A DNA stretch of 25,142 nt from Bugula neritina (lineage: Eukaryota > Animalia > Bryozoa). Position numbers and translations under genes: made by a program. Positions 12,702 through 23,200 of the stretch are shown here, piece after piece; positions within the stretch are counted from its first letter, which is position 1; each line of letters begins with the position of its first letter. The notes under the pieces are model-generated. The model did not search any database. It worked only from the letters and a program-made list of their open reading frames with translations, and had not been told where the DNA came from. Where the stretch lies: NCBI GenBank assembly GCA_964035545.1, contig CAXIUT010000204.1:1-25142 (forward strand). The letters are read 5' to 3'.

Positions 12702-14382
12702 TCAATGTGCGGGACCTTGTTCTTTTTGTTCTGGTGCTAACTTGATCATATCATCAATTCTAAGAATTGTAATTGCTGCTTCAGTGGCAAATCGAAGAGA
12801 ATTTATCTTGGAGATCATTGGTTCTAATACTCCAGCTTTTAAGTTGTTACGAGGGGCTCCTTTAGTCAAATCAAGACCACAATATTTGAGTTCTAGTCTC
12901 TTAGCATCACTCTCTCCGTCTTTTTGAGATGCAGCGTGAAGAGAACGTAACTTGGAAACTAGTTAAGTAGCATCTTTAGCAGCATTGACTGCCAATGTTT
13001 TAGGAATGATGTTGAGAGCCTAACTGAATTAAGAGATAGCTAGTTGTTCTTTGTTGTTGAATGATTTGCAGAACTGGTCAAGATGGATAGATAAGGCGAT
13101 ATCAACTGCACCTCCTCCAGAAACAACTTTTCCTGATTCCAAAGTTCTTTTGGCAACACAAATAGAATCATGAAGAGATCTACTTTACAACGAAAGTACC
13201 TTTAAACTTAATCAAGCATATACTCGTTAGCTCCTCTAAGAACAATAGTACAAGCTGATGATTTCTTGCATCCTTTAAAGAATACAAAATCGTTATCGCC
13301 AACTGCCTCTTCAACTACTTCCTCACATTCTCCAAGATAAGATGAATCAAAGACTTCTTCTCCTTCAGGAGTGGCAAGAGTATTGATCACTGATGCTCCA
13401 GTCAACTTGGCAATACGATTGATATCTCCCTTGTCGATTCTTCTTAATCCCAGACAGCCAGATTCGAACATATACTTAGATGCAGTATCATCAATACCCA
13501 TAGTTGTGAGGATGACATTAGCTCCTGCTTAGATAATTTTATGGATTCTTGATTTAAGAACATCACATTCTTTTTGTCTGATTTTTTATAAATTTTTAGG
13601 ATCATCGACCAATACTTGAATACCTAGCTGCAATCTGAATTTATTGAGATTGAAATCTAGACATGCTATTTTAGCATTTTTAACAATAGTTGGCATCAAT
13701 TGATGGGCTTTGACTGTTTGAACAGCATATCCATTAATCAATTGACTTTAAGTACTGCTTTGACCATGAGCTTTCAAGATGTTGATGTTTTTGATGTTAT
13801 ATTTTGATCCAAATATTGATTTGACTTCGATTAGTTTGATACTGTTGACCACCAAATTAGAAAAGAAAACTGGATCGGCATTGATCAATTTGCTTGACAT
13901 GGATGTCTTTGCGCAGTTGCTGAGTGCTTCATCTCCTAAACTTTCAACTGTGACTGCAAGTTTATCTTAGATATATCGACAGGCCTATCTGGCAGCTATT
14001 TTGAATCCCATGATGATGTTGGTAGGATGAACTTTCATTTTGATCAATTAGTTTGCTCTTTTGAGCAATTCAGCTGCAAGGATGACCACTGAGGTAGTTC
14101 CATCTCCGACCTATGCGTCTTGAAGTTGAGCCAATTGAACCAAAAGAGTGGCAGTTGGATGTTCTACTTATAGTTTTTTAAGAATAGTAGCTCCATCATT
14201 GGTAATGGTGATTTATCCGATATCATCAACGATCATTTTATCAAGTCCCTGAGGGCCGAGGGAGGACCTGACGATGTTGGCCACTGACATTGCTGCACGG
14301 ACTAAGTTATGAGTTGAGTACCATTGCTTGATCTGACGTCTTTGCCTGATTAGCGCTCGCCTTCGATACTTACTCCTGACAT
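12702..14382 (-). CDS. CCT1: T-complex protein 1 subunit alpha (CCT-alpha), 546 aa, 2 introns
   Basis: SSLGPQGLDKMIVDDIG, TNDGATIL, EVGDGTTSVVILAAELL, INILKAHG, AKIACLDFNL, RSLHD, GGGAV, LAVNAAKDA, SLRFATEAAITILRIDDMIKL. 20-nt introns at 14302-14321 and 13180-13199. Confidence 0.98.
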
Positions 14383-14535
14383 ATTAGATTTAAATATTTT
14401 TAAAATAGATATTACCTTAATACAAATCCACTTTAATTCAATAATATTAAAATTATTCCCAACTATTGAATCCATTAATCAATTACTTTATCAATACTTT
14501 ATTTAATCAGATTATTTATCTAAATGTTTAAACAA

Positions 14536-15100
14536 TCATTCTTTTTATTATCTTTGAAGGGAAGATTTAACTAGTTAATTGAATCTAGCAAAATTATTGA
14601 ATTTATCTTTAGCTTTCTTTGTTTTTTAAGGTCCAAAAGAAATGATATTTTATTAATTTGACTATTGACTGTATCCATCGATGGGAATGTTATACATCAG
14701 CCAACTATCAGGGTTATCTAGGTCAGAAAAGATGTAAAGGAATATTTTATCGCCCTTATTTAGCTATCTGGGCAACTTCTGACAGTTGAAACTCAAGGTT
14801 AAGTTGGATCCTCTTGGTAAAACTGCACTACCTGGTTGTAAAGAAATACAACTACTGCCTAAAGGAGTATACTTTTGATGAGTATCTTCGAGAGCAAAAC
14901 TCCAACTAGGAGATCCTTTCCACTTAATATTTTAGCTAATTGAAATAGTAGTAGTCATCTTGAGAGGAAAGGGAGGGTCAGAGTCACAGTAAATAGGAAT
15001 GCCACTTCGTGAGCGTACTTTCATAGAACAATTTTTTAGGAGAAGAAAGAGAAGATACTCCAAATATGAAAAGAAGGGCAAAGATGATAGCAATTTTCAT
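14536..15100 (-). CDS. Putative secreted protein (~187 aa), one apparent +1 frameshift
   Basis: Signal-peptide-like MKIAIIFALLFIFGVSS. Removing one base from the T6 run at 15032-15037 gives an open frame to TGA 14538-14536. Confidence 0.75.
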
Positions 15101-15144
15101 TTGGTATAATATTTTTGTAATATCAATTCTGATGGTAGTTATTA

Positions 15145-15222
15145 GGGGTTGGGGTTGGGGTTGGGGTTGGGGGTTGGGGGTTGGGGTTGGGGTTGGGGGT
15201 TGGGGTTGGGGTTGGGGTTGGG
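15145..15222 (+). repeat. Internal telomeric tract 1, (GGGGTT)n, 78 bp
   Basis: Direct G4T2 repeats with a few G5 units. Starts after A and ends TTGGG. Confidence 0.97.
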
Positions 15223-15312
15223 ATAGATAAGAAGCAAAGAGATATAATTAGGAAATTTAAAAAGTGTTATGATGATATAGATTTAATGATAATATGTATG
15301 AATGGATTAATT

Positions 15313-15337
15313 TGATTGGAGATATATAAGCCAATCA
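15313..15337. promoter_or_regulatory. Inverted CCAAT-box pair flanking a TATA-like element upstream of H4
   Basis: TGATTGG-agaTATATAAg-CCAATCA, 86-110 bp upstream of the H4 ATG. Confidence 0.55.
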
Positions 15338-15422
15338 TAATTTAGAAATTCGGGGAGAGGGATTTCCCAAAATTTAAGTTGGAGATTTGAGCAGCAAAGT
15401 CAATAAAATATATTACAAGAAC

Positions 15423-15749
15423 ATGGCTGGACAAGGCAAAGGAGGAAAAGGTGTTGGAGGAAAAGGTAAAGTCGGAACCAAAAGAACCGCACAAAAAAGA
15501 CATGCCAGAGCTTCAATTGAAGGCATCACCAAACCCGCCATCAGAAGATTGGCTAGAAGAGGAGGAGTCAAAAGAATCTCATCATTCATCTATGATGACT
15601 CCAGGCAAGTCCTCAAGGGCTTCTTGGAAGGTATTGTCAGAGATGCCGTTACCTACACTGAGCACGCCAGAAGAAAAACCGTCACTGCTATGGACGTTGT
15701 CTATGCTCTTAAGAGACAAGGAAGAACCATCTACGGTTTCGGAGGTTGA
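15423..15749 (+). CDS. HHF: Histone H4 (ciliate type)
   Basis: [34 protein letters not shown]...[30 protein letters not shown]. The true start is ATG 15423 ([10 protein letters not shown]), not the TTG at 15387. Confidence 0.98.
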   Translation: MAGQGKGGKGVGGKGKVGTKRTAQKRHARASIEGITKPAIRRLARRGGVKRISSFIYDDSRQVLKGFLEGIVRDAVTYTEHARRKTVTAMDVVYALKRQGRTIYGFGG

Positions 15750-16000
15750 TCTGCATAATCTTTGTTATCATTACTTCCATTTCTTATTATCAAATCTTCT
15801 CTATTCTCTGTCAATTTAAAAAGATCTCTTTCCAAATATCTTAAAAAATCGAAGAAACTAGAATATAAATTAGGATAGGAGTTTAATAAAGATTGGATTT
15901 AGAGTTTAATTTGATGATTAAAAAGTTATTAAACCTGATTAATTGTTATCAATATAAAAGACTATTTGAAGAATATAAAAATTTGATATTTTCAAGAGAA

Positions 16001-16087
16001 GGGGTTGGGGTTGGGGTTGGGGTTGGGGTTGGGGTTGGGGTTGGGGTTGGGGTTGGGGTTGGGGTTGGGGTTGGGGTTGGGGTTGGG
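16001..16087 (+). repeat. Internal telomeric tract 2, (GGGGTT)n, 87 bp
   Basis: Perfect G4T2 repeats. Starts after A and ends TTGGG. Confidence 0.97.
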
Positions 16088-16231
16088 TGATTAATTATTA
16101 TCGATTAAACACAAAAGTAAAAGTTTCTTCAGTATAAGATAATTTAAAGTTTAAAACTAATTTTATTGTAACTTATTGAGTCACTTTTAAATAATTAATT
16201 ATTTAATTGATAGAAATATGTCAGAAAAAAA

Positions 16232-16313
16232 GGGGGTTGGGGTTGGGGTTGGGGTTGGGGTTGGGGTTGGGGTTGGGGTTGGGGTTGGGGTTGGGGTTGG
16301 GGTTGGGGTTGGG
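16232..16313 (+). repeat. Internal telomeric tract 3, (GGGGTT)n, 82 bp
   Basis: G4T2 repeats (first unit G5). Starts after A7 and ends TTGGG. Confidence 0.97.
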
Positions 16314-18039
16314 AAGAATAGAATATCTAATATCCAACCTTAGAGACGTAGACTGACTTCTTCGACTTTATTCAATGCAGATTAAGTTTTAACAAAACAT
16401 AACTTTCCTAAAGTGTAGCAACCCCAGAGTCCTAAGATCCGACAATCTTAATATAACGTACTTTTAATATCATTTTTAGATAAACCGAGCTCGTTCTCTT
16501 AAAGGAATTCCTTATCAGAAAACAACTACTGAAGCAATGTAAAAAACAACAGTGAATTAACTAAATGAAAACGTGATAAGGTTAAAAAGTGAAGAGATGA
16601 TATTCAAGTTCAGAACTAAGATAGGAAGTTTATTAAAATAGTTGAATATATCGCAACATGAGTTGAACAGATTTGGTAATTTTGGTAGAATTGATGATAT
16701 CCTTGATTTCTTATCTTAGAAGATCAGAGAGAAGTTGGTCAAAAATCAGTTAGATGAGGGTGCGATTCATAAGGCTCGTTCGAGAGAAAAGAGTACTTTG
16801 AATGAGCACTAGGGATAGATAAAGAATTTAAGGATGAAGTTGTATGATAAGTAATTGAGTGAAAAATAATTGAAAGGGAAGCTAAAGGAGGCTCATAATG
16901 AGTTGAGATAAATGTATGATAAAATAAACAAAAAATAGAAGGAATTATCATCAAAAGTAACAGAATTATATCAATTAAAAACATAAATAAACTAGACTAA
17001 TAAAACATACTAAAATTTAACTAAAAGATATTAACTATTATAAAAATAGAATCAAGAGTATCGTTCTTAGATCTAAAAATAAAATAAATAAATAATTATC
17101 AGTAATAAATAGTTGCTATAATAAAATTAAAATGTTAATGAGAAAATAAGAGATCTTGAGGAATAGGTTCAGGTTACTTTGGGTAAAAATAAACATTTGA
17201 CTGAGTTGAATTAGCAGTTGAGTCAGGAGTTGTCCCGTTGGAGGTAGAGATTTGATGATAGAGTGTATATCTAGTCTGATAATTCCAAATCGAATTAGAG
17301 TCATAAACATAGCGAGCAGGTAGTCGTAATACCAAATAATATACTGAAGAAATCAACTATGAGTGTTAATAATATTGAAGATTATTTCGATAATAGACAA
17401 AAATTGTCATTGACTGCACTGGAAATCGATAACATGAAGTTGAATTCAAAGATAAATTAGTTGTAAAAGAAAAATAAACAACTATCAAGAGATATTCTCA
17501 ATTATTCTTTATTCAAATAAAGATATGAGCAGGCTTTAGCAGTGACAGGTGAAAGAAAAGATAGATAATCAGGTTAGATTTTGAGTTTATAAAAAATATA
17601 GCAACTGAGATTCAAGTATCCCTAGCTATACCAGGTGTAGTTATAAATTCATTACAAAAATAAGTTAGAGCAGTCGGCTTTAGAATGGAAAGATAAGTTG
17701 TATGAGATAGTGCATAAATACTAAGACGAAATGGAGGCAATAAAAGAGCGAGAAGCGGGTTTGTTATTGGACAAATAATAACTATAAAAGAAAATATTCG
17801 GATTGGCCAATGATAAATACAAGTTGTAGAACAAGCTAATCCAAAGTGAAAATCAGATCTACTAATTGCTGAAAACTTATAAAAATTTAAGTTCGATCAA
17901 TGCCAGAGAATCATAAAGCCTCCGTTCTTCTCAACACAACTAGCCTCAGGAGGGAATCGAGGACATGGTGGTGTAGGAGTAGCGAGAGTAATAGAGAGAG
18001 TAGTGTAGTTAAATTGAGGTGACCGATATTACAAAATGA
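16314..18039 (+). CDS. Coiled-coil protein, apparently 5'-truncated at the telomeric tract (1 intron)
   Basis: The frame is open from the first base after the tract (48 codons, no ATG), then a 22-nt intron at 16458-16479, then 520 codons to TGA. The first in-frame ATG is at 16537. Confidence 0.85.
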
Positions 18040-18089
18040 TCAATGAATTGATATATATCTATTAGCGCCTATAAGATAAAGATAGCTCA

Positions 18090-19608
18090 ATGTAGACAAT
18101 TCTCAATGATAGGAAGTTCATCATCGCCGATACCTAACTCAATGGAAAACAACTCCGATCTACATCATCTTCGGAATAAAGTCGAGATGGTAGTCATTGC
18201 TACTACGTACATTATACCATCATTTTAGAACATAGTCAATCCTTCCAACAAGATACAGTGTGACTAGTGCAAAAGAGATATCAGTAAGACGACTAAAATA
18301 CTATGTTCTTAAAGTGACTACTGTGTGAGTTGTTTCTCAAATATATAAAGTTATTGGGGGTAGTACCATGTGATCAATAAACTTGATTATCCTATTTTTG
18401 ATTTGGAATGGACAGCTGATTAAGAACTCATGCTCTTTGAGGCCATTTAAAAGTATATTATTGGTGATAGTTTAGACATGGGTTTGGGAATTGGGCAGAA
18501 ATAAGTTAATTTATTGGAAGTTCTAAAACTAAAGAAGATGTTGAAGAACATTATGTCAGTTATTTCCTTGATTCTCCTGATTTCATGCCAGTAAAAATCA
18601 TATTATTCAGACTGCTAACGTGATAACTGAACGAGATCATTCAGGTCGTTTGATTCGTTCTGGAGGTGAGGGAGTGGGAACAAAAAAGTTTCAAAAACCT
18701 GTTAGCAGAATCTTCAGCAGTCACAGCGTCCAATCTTTCCGTACTATCAATTTTATGCAGAACGAGGGTCACTGACTATCAACCAAATGGCTCTAGGTGC
18801 AAAATCTGGCAACAATCCAGCTGAAATAGTAGGTTACATGCCAAAACGTGGTGATTTTGAGGTATAATTCGATAACGATGCTTAACTACTACTCGCTTAG
18901 ATGGAATTTAACTAGGATGACAGTCTTGAAGAGAAGTAGATGAAATTCAGGATGATGGATATCTATAATTAGAAGTTAAACTAGCGGATAAAAAGGAAAT
19001 AATTTGTTATAAGTAGAAAATTATTAGATTTACGTGAACAGGCTCGACTAGACAAGACCAGAAGTAAATAATAGAAGTAGATATACAACATGATGAAAGT
19101 CTTTGCTAGATTTAGTGCACCATAAGAACACTAGCAACTCGTCCAAGGTATTCTTAAAGAAAAGCATATAAGAAATCGATTGGAGGAGTTAAAATAAATC
19201 AAAAAGAAAGGATTTAGGACATTGGCGTAGTTGCATTAGTAGATGTAGGGCAAAAAGAAAAAAGATTAAAAGAAAAGGCGATAAGATCCTATCTTTTTAG
19301 GGACATAGAGAAGTAGATCATCTGGTTCTGATTATCGTAGTAGAAGATACAAGAAATAGATCTATATAGAGAAGGTATAGAGAAGGGCGCCTTTTCCATC
19401 AGAATAATAATAGAATTTATGCCAGAGATTTAATATAACTCCTCGTGAATTTTTGATGATAAAGCAAGTGTTGATTAGAGAATCAGTCAAGCAGGAGATA
19501 TTATAATTGGATTCTGTGAAGAAGATGTTCAGAGTGGGTCGGAATGTGGTTGAAAGTGTGTTTGATTTCTTGGTCTAGAAGAATGAGTTGATGGGTCGAG
19601 TCAATTGA
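18090..19608 (+). CDS. ADA2: Transcriptional adapter ADA2 (ZZ-like, SANT, ADA boxes, SWIRM), 477 aa, 4 introns
   Basis: CDECKRDI..DYCVSCF; WTADEELMLFEAIEKHGFGNWAEISEFIG..KTKEDVEEHY; GYMPKRGDFEVEFDNDAE; KVFARF; C-terminal EEENLCQRFNITPREFLMIKQVLIRE..VFDFLV. Introns at 18207-18228, 18453-18475, 18591-18610 and 18741-18760. Confidence 0.95.
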
Positions 19609-19676
19609 CTATGATTTGGTGTTTTATTATTAGTTATTTATTAGTATGTCTTTATAATAATAACTTTAAAGTCCAG

Positions 19677-20210
19677 ATGAATATGAACAAACGTCACTCA
19701 TCCCGTTTGATCAACATTTCTCCATGGTAGAATCAGATTCCATCAGATTAGCTGGAGAAGCCAACCTTTAAAACAGTTATTCCTCGTTCTAGACATAATT
19801 ATACGCCGAGTCCGTCTCGTAATTCACGTTCTAGTGGTATGAAATAGCCTAGAATGACATTGAATATTCCTAAAATAAATATCTAGAGGACAGGTTCGAA
19901 TGATAAATAAACTATTATTTGTATAACTTGCAAAGGTTTTAGAACAAGTAGTCTAACCAGAAAGGGATAGATAAAATCATAAGCAAAAACAGCTATGAGT
20001 GTCAATATGTGGCGTCAGAAATCAAGCAAGTTGCTATGGTAACTGGGCAAGGGAAAACTAACACCCAAAGACAAAAATAGCAAAATAGACAAAAACACAA
20101 TATAATTTAAAGGATACCCATAAGAAAACAATTCAAATTTGCTATACCGCCGCTAGGACAATCCAAATTTGACTCGAGTTCGTCTGATTCAGCAAAAGAA
20201 GCATCATTGA
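19677..20210 (+). CDS. Hypothetical basic protein (177 aa)
   Basis: 178-codon ATG-to-TGA ORF filling the gap between ADA2 and the next gene. Confidence 0.7.
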
Positions 20211-20275
20211 CTGACTAGTAATATCAAATGTTTAATAAAACCATTTATAATAATAATTTATTCAAATATTTAAAA

Positions 20276-23200
20276 ATGAAGAATGAGGTCGAACTAATAT
20301 CACTATAATAATTTCATTTGCAGCTCTCGGAACTATCACAGCGAGAGCGATAGATACGTCAACCATAAAAACAACAAGAGTAATTCTTTATCTATCGACT
20401 TAAAGAGCTGCCTATGTCGATATCGAATCTATCATCTTGGATATATTTTTCATAGCATCTGTTGTGGTTGCTGCATTACTTATTTGCTTATATCAATTGT
20501 CAATGTAATGTATATGATGGTTAGAATTTCATAGTATCTTTTAGATTGTTTATGGTTGATTTCGCATCTATTGCTTCTATCGTCAATAGTGTTTTGGTAA
20601 TTTTGATATATTTGTCTATTATATTTCCGTAAACTAAAAAGGATTCTGGTGTTGTTTTTGTTCTAGAATATGTAGGTGCATAATTATATCCTTATTTGAG
20701 GTTTCTTATTTAATATACACTATATGCGACTGCGTTCTTTGCTACATCGGCTAGTATACTATCTATTATCATCTTTGTTATGGCAGCTATTGCTTCTATT
20801 ATTATGACTTTCTTTTTGCAAAATTTTACCTTAAGGAAAGGATAATTTTGTTGTAAATCTATCGAATTTTCAATTATTTTTAGATTTGCTGTATTGATAT
20901 CACTAGTTATTGCTATTATTGGCATCAATTCAGTCGATAATAAAAATCAATTGATTCTATGGTGTTTAGGTTAGCTAACTATAGCTGTTATACTTATTAT
21001 TTGCTATTATAGTTTTGGAATATATATCTATCGACATAAAATATCAAGATTTTATTTCTTTATGATTATCAACTGGTTTTTAGCACTTACTTTTGCAGGT
21101 TTCTTTGATGCTCTTTCATCGATCAATCGTAATAATCTTAATTTTATCATTTTGGCTCCTATCTTTCTAGTAGTTATCACAATATTCAACCTTTCTACTT
21201 TATAAAGACGTCGTAGAACAAGTATCTTATTATAGAATAAATCAATAAAATAAAAAGTATATTTTTTATTCAATAAATTTTAAAGTTGCGATATTGATGA
21301 CTAAGACGACGCATAAATACGGGGAATACTTCATACTCATCTCATCCGTGGCTGTTCTAATGGTCGTTGCGTGGTAAACATTCGCTAGGTATATGATTCG
21401 AAGAAGAAGAAGACATGTTCTATATTGAAGATAGGACAATCTCGGGTAAGTTTAATTAAATTTTATATAAAATGTTTATACTAAAAAGCTATATAACAAG
21501 ATCCTAATAATCTATAACTGCAATTAGACTATTTATAATTTTACTATCTAAAACTAAAAAATCTATTCACTGTTTTACATTAAATATAACTCCTCAGTCG
21601 TAAACTACTATCGCCATTTCAGAGGTTGAGATTATATAGATTGAAAAAGTTGATCAAAAACTAAGGAAATAGTTTTAGTTAGGAGTTGTATTTGCATAAT
21701 TTGAGTATGTAGCGAATATTGTGGTCATAGTAGACGTTTTAGAATATATTGAGGAGTATGTAGGTGGTGATAGGTCGTAATTAGTTGTTTTGGAGGTATA
21801 TATAGAGAAATGAGGTGTTTCTTAATGATATTCTTGACACTATCAAGCCTAATTTTATTTTGATTGACAATTTGAATCAGGATTGGACGAGGATAGCTGA
21901 TTACTTCGATATAAATCAGCGATGGAAATTCTATTTTCTTTGTTTTAGTTTATTCATAAAAAACTAAAAATTAAAACCGACTGATATCTAAGATTTCGGC
22001 AATAGCGTCGACTACGACACCATCTTCAAGACGGGTAACCATTTCATAGACAAAACTACCTAGAAATAAGCCCTCTATAATTCGATTATGTTATTTTAGC
22101 AAAATACATGTTTTATATCTGTAAGTTGTGACAATGATAAGATGTTGATAAAAAATGTGAGTAATTATTTTAGGAAGAATTTTGATTTTTAGTAAAGAGA
22201 GGTCATCAACACTTCACTTGATGTGTTGATGCCGGAGTCGATTCGGTTGTTTCATCATCGGATGTTTTTGCATTGGGTGAGGGACGGTAGAACTAATAAT
22301 TAGTAATTTTATACTGTTAAGAAGATCATGTTGTTGACTGGGCATGGGTATTTGGCTCCCAGTTTTAAGTTTTATAAGTATTATCTTAAATCTGATGGAT
22401 AGATATAGTATATTGCCATGCTGAAACGTAATAAAAAAGACTAGATGATTATACTGGTGAACTAATCTTTCTAGATTGAGGCGATTACTGCTGGTTTTGC
22501 CCAGAAGTTGAAAATAAGCGATGGCGAATATGAATCGCTTCGTGGTGTAAATTTACTATCACTGATACCAATGCTAGTAAAGTACACCAGATATGCTCGA
22601 TACATAACAGACAAAGATGAAGATTTCATATAGAATGACGAGAACCAGCTATTTATAAAGAAAACATCATTGATGAAAAATGAGGGATAGTTGTAGAAAG
22701 ATCTGCTGGCTAGTGGTAAAATAATCAATTTGAATAATTTAAAATTGATTTTACCTGTGGATATTGGCAATTTATTGCATCATTATAAGCAGATTAAAAA
22801 GAAACCCAGGGATAATGATTTCTAGTTGATCAGATAGTGTTATAACTACATTCGCAGGCAGAAAGGCACAATCAAATTCAAAGGGTAGATGTATATCAGA
22901 TAGAGAAATTACACTCCTTTTACTGATAAAAAATTTTATGAATTAGAGATAAACTAGCTATAATAGATAAACCGTTTGTAAAAGATAAAGGGGGATGAGT
23001 AATCGCCTCGATCGTCTTTGAGTAGTGCTCGACAGATCTAGGAGAAGAAGGTGGACGAGGTGGACATGAATATGTTTTTGCAGTTGAATAAGAAAAGGAA
23101 CAAGGTGGTTTTGTTTCCATCGAATAATGTGTTTTTGAAGGATTAAAATAACCAGGCTTTGAGTGAGATCAGCCATATAGCGAATATTAATTGGAGTATT

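Noticed and set aside
12702-14382. Split code (TAA=Lys, TAG=Glu) or standard ciliate Gln code
   Set aside because: TAA falls at invariant Glu positions in CCT1, the kinase, ADA2 and PB1, and TAG does too.
15451-15819. Overlapping 122-aa ORF in an alternative frame of H4
   Set aside because: A by-product of H4 codon bias with a non-ATG start. No independent support.
15893-16090. ORF ending in (GV)n
   Set aside because: Translation of the telomeric repeat from a TTG start in the H4 3' flank. No evidence of coding.
15145-16313. CRISPR-like repeat-spacer layout
   Set aside because: The repeats are simple telomeric hexamer arrays, the spacers are 778 and 144 bp, the context is eukaryotic, and there are no cas genes.
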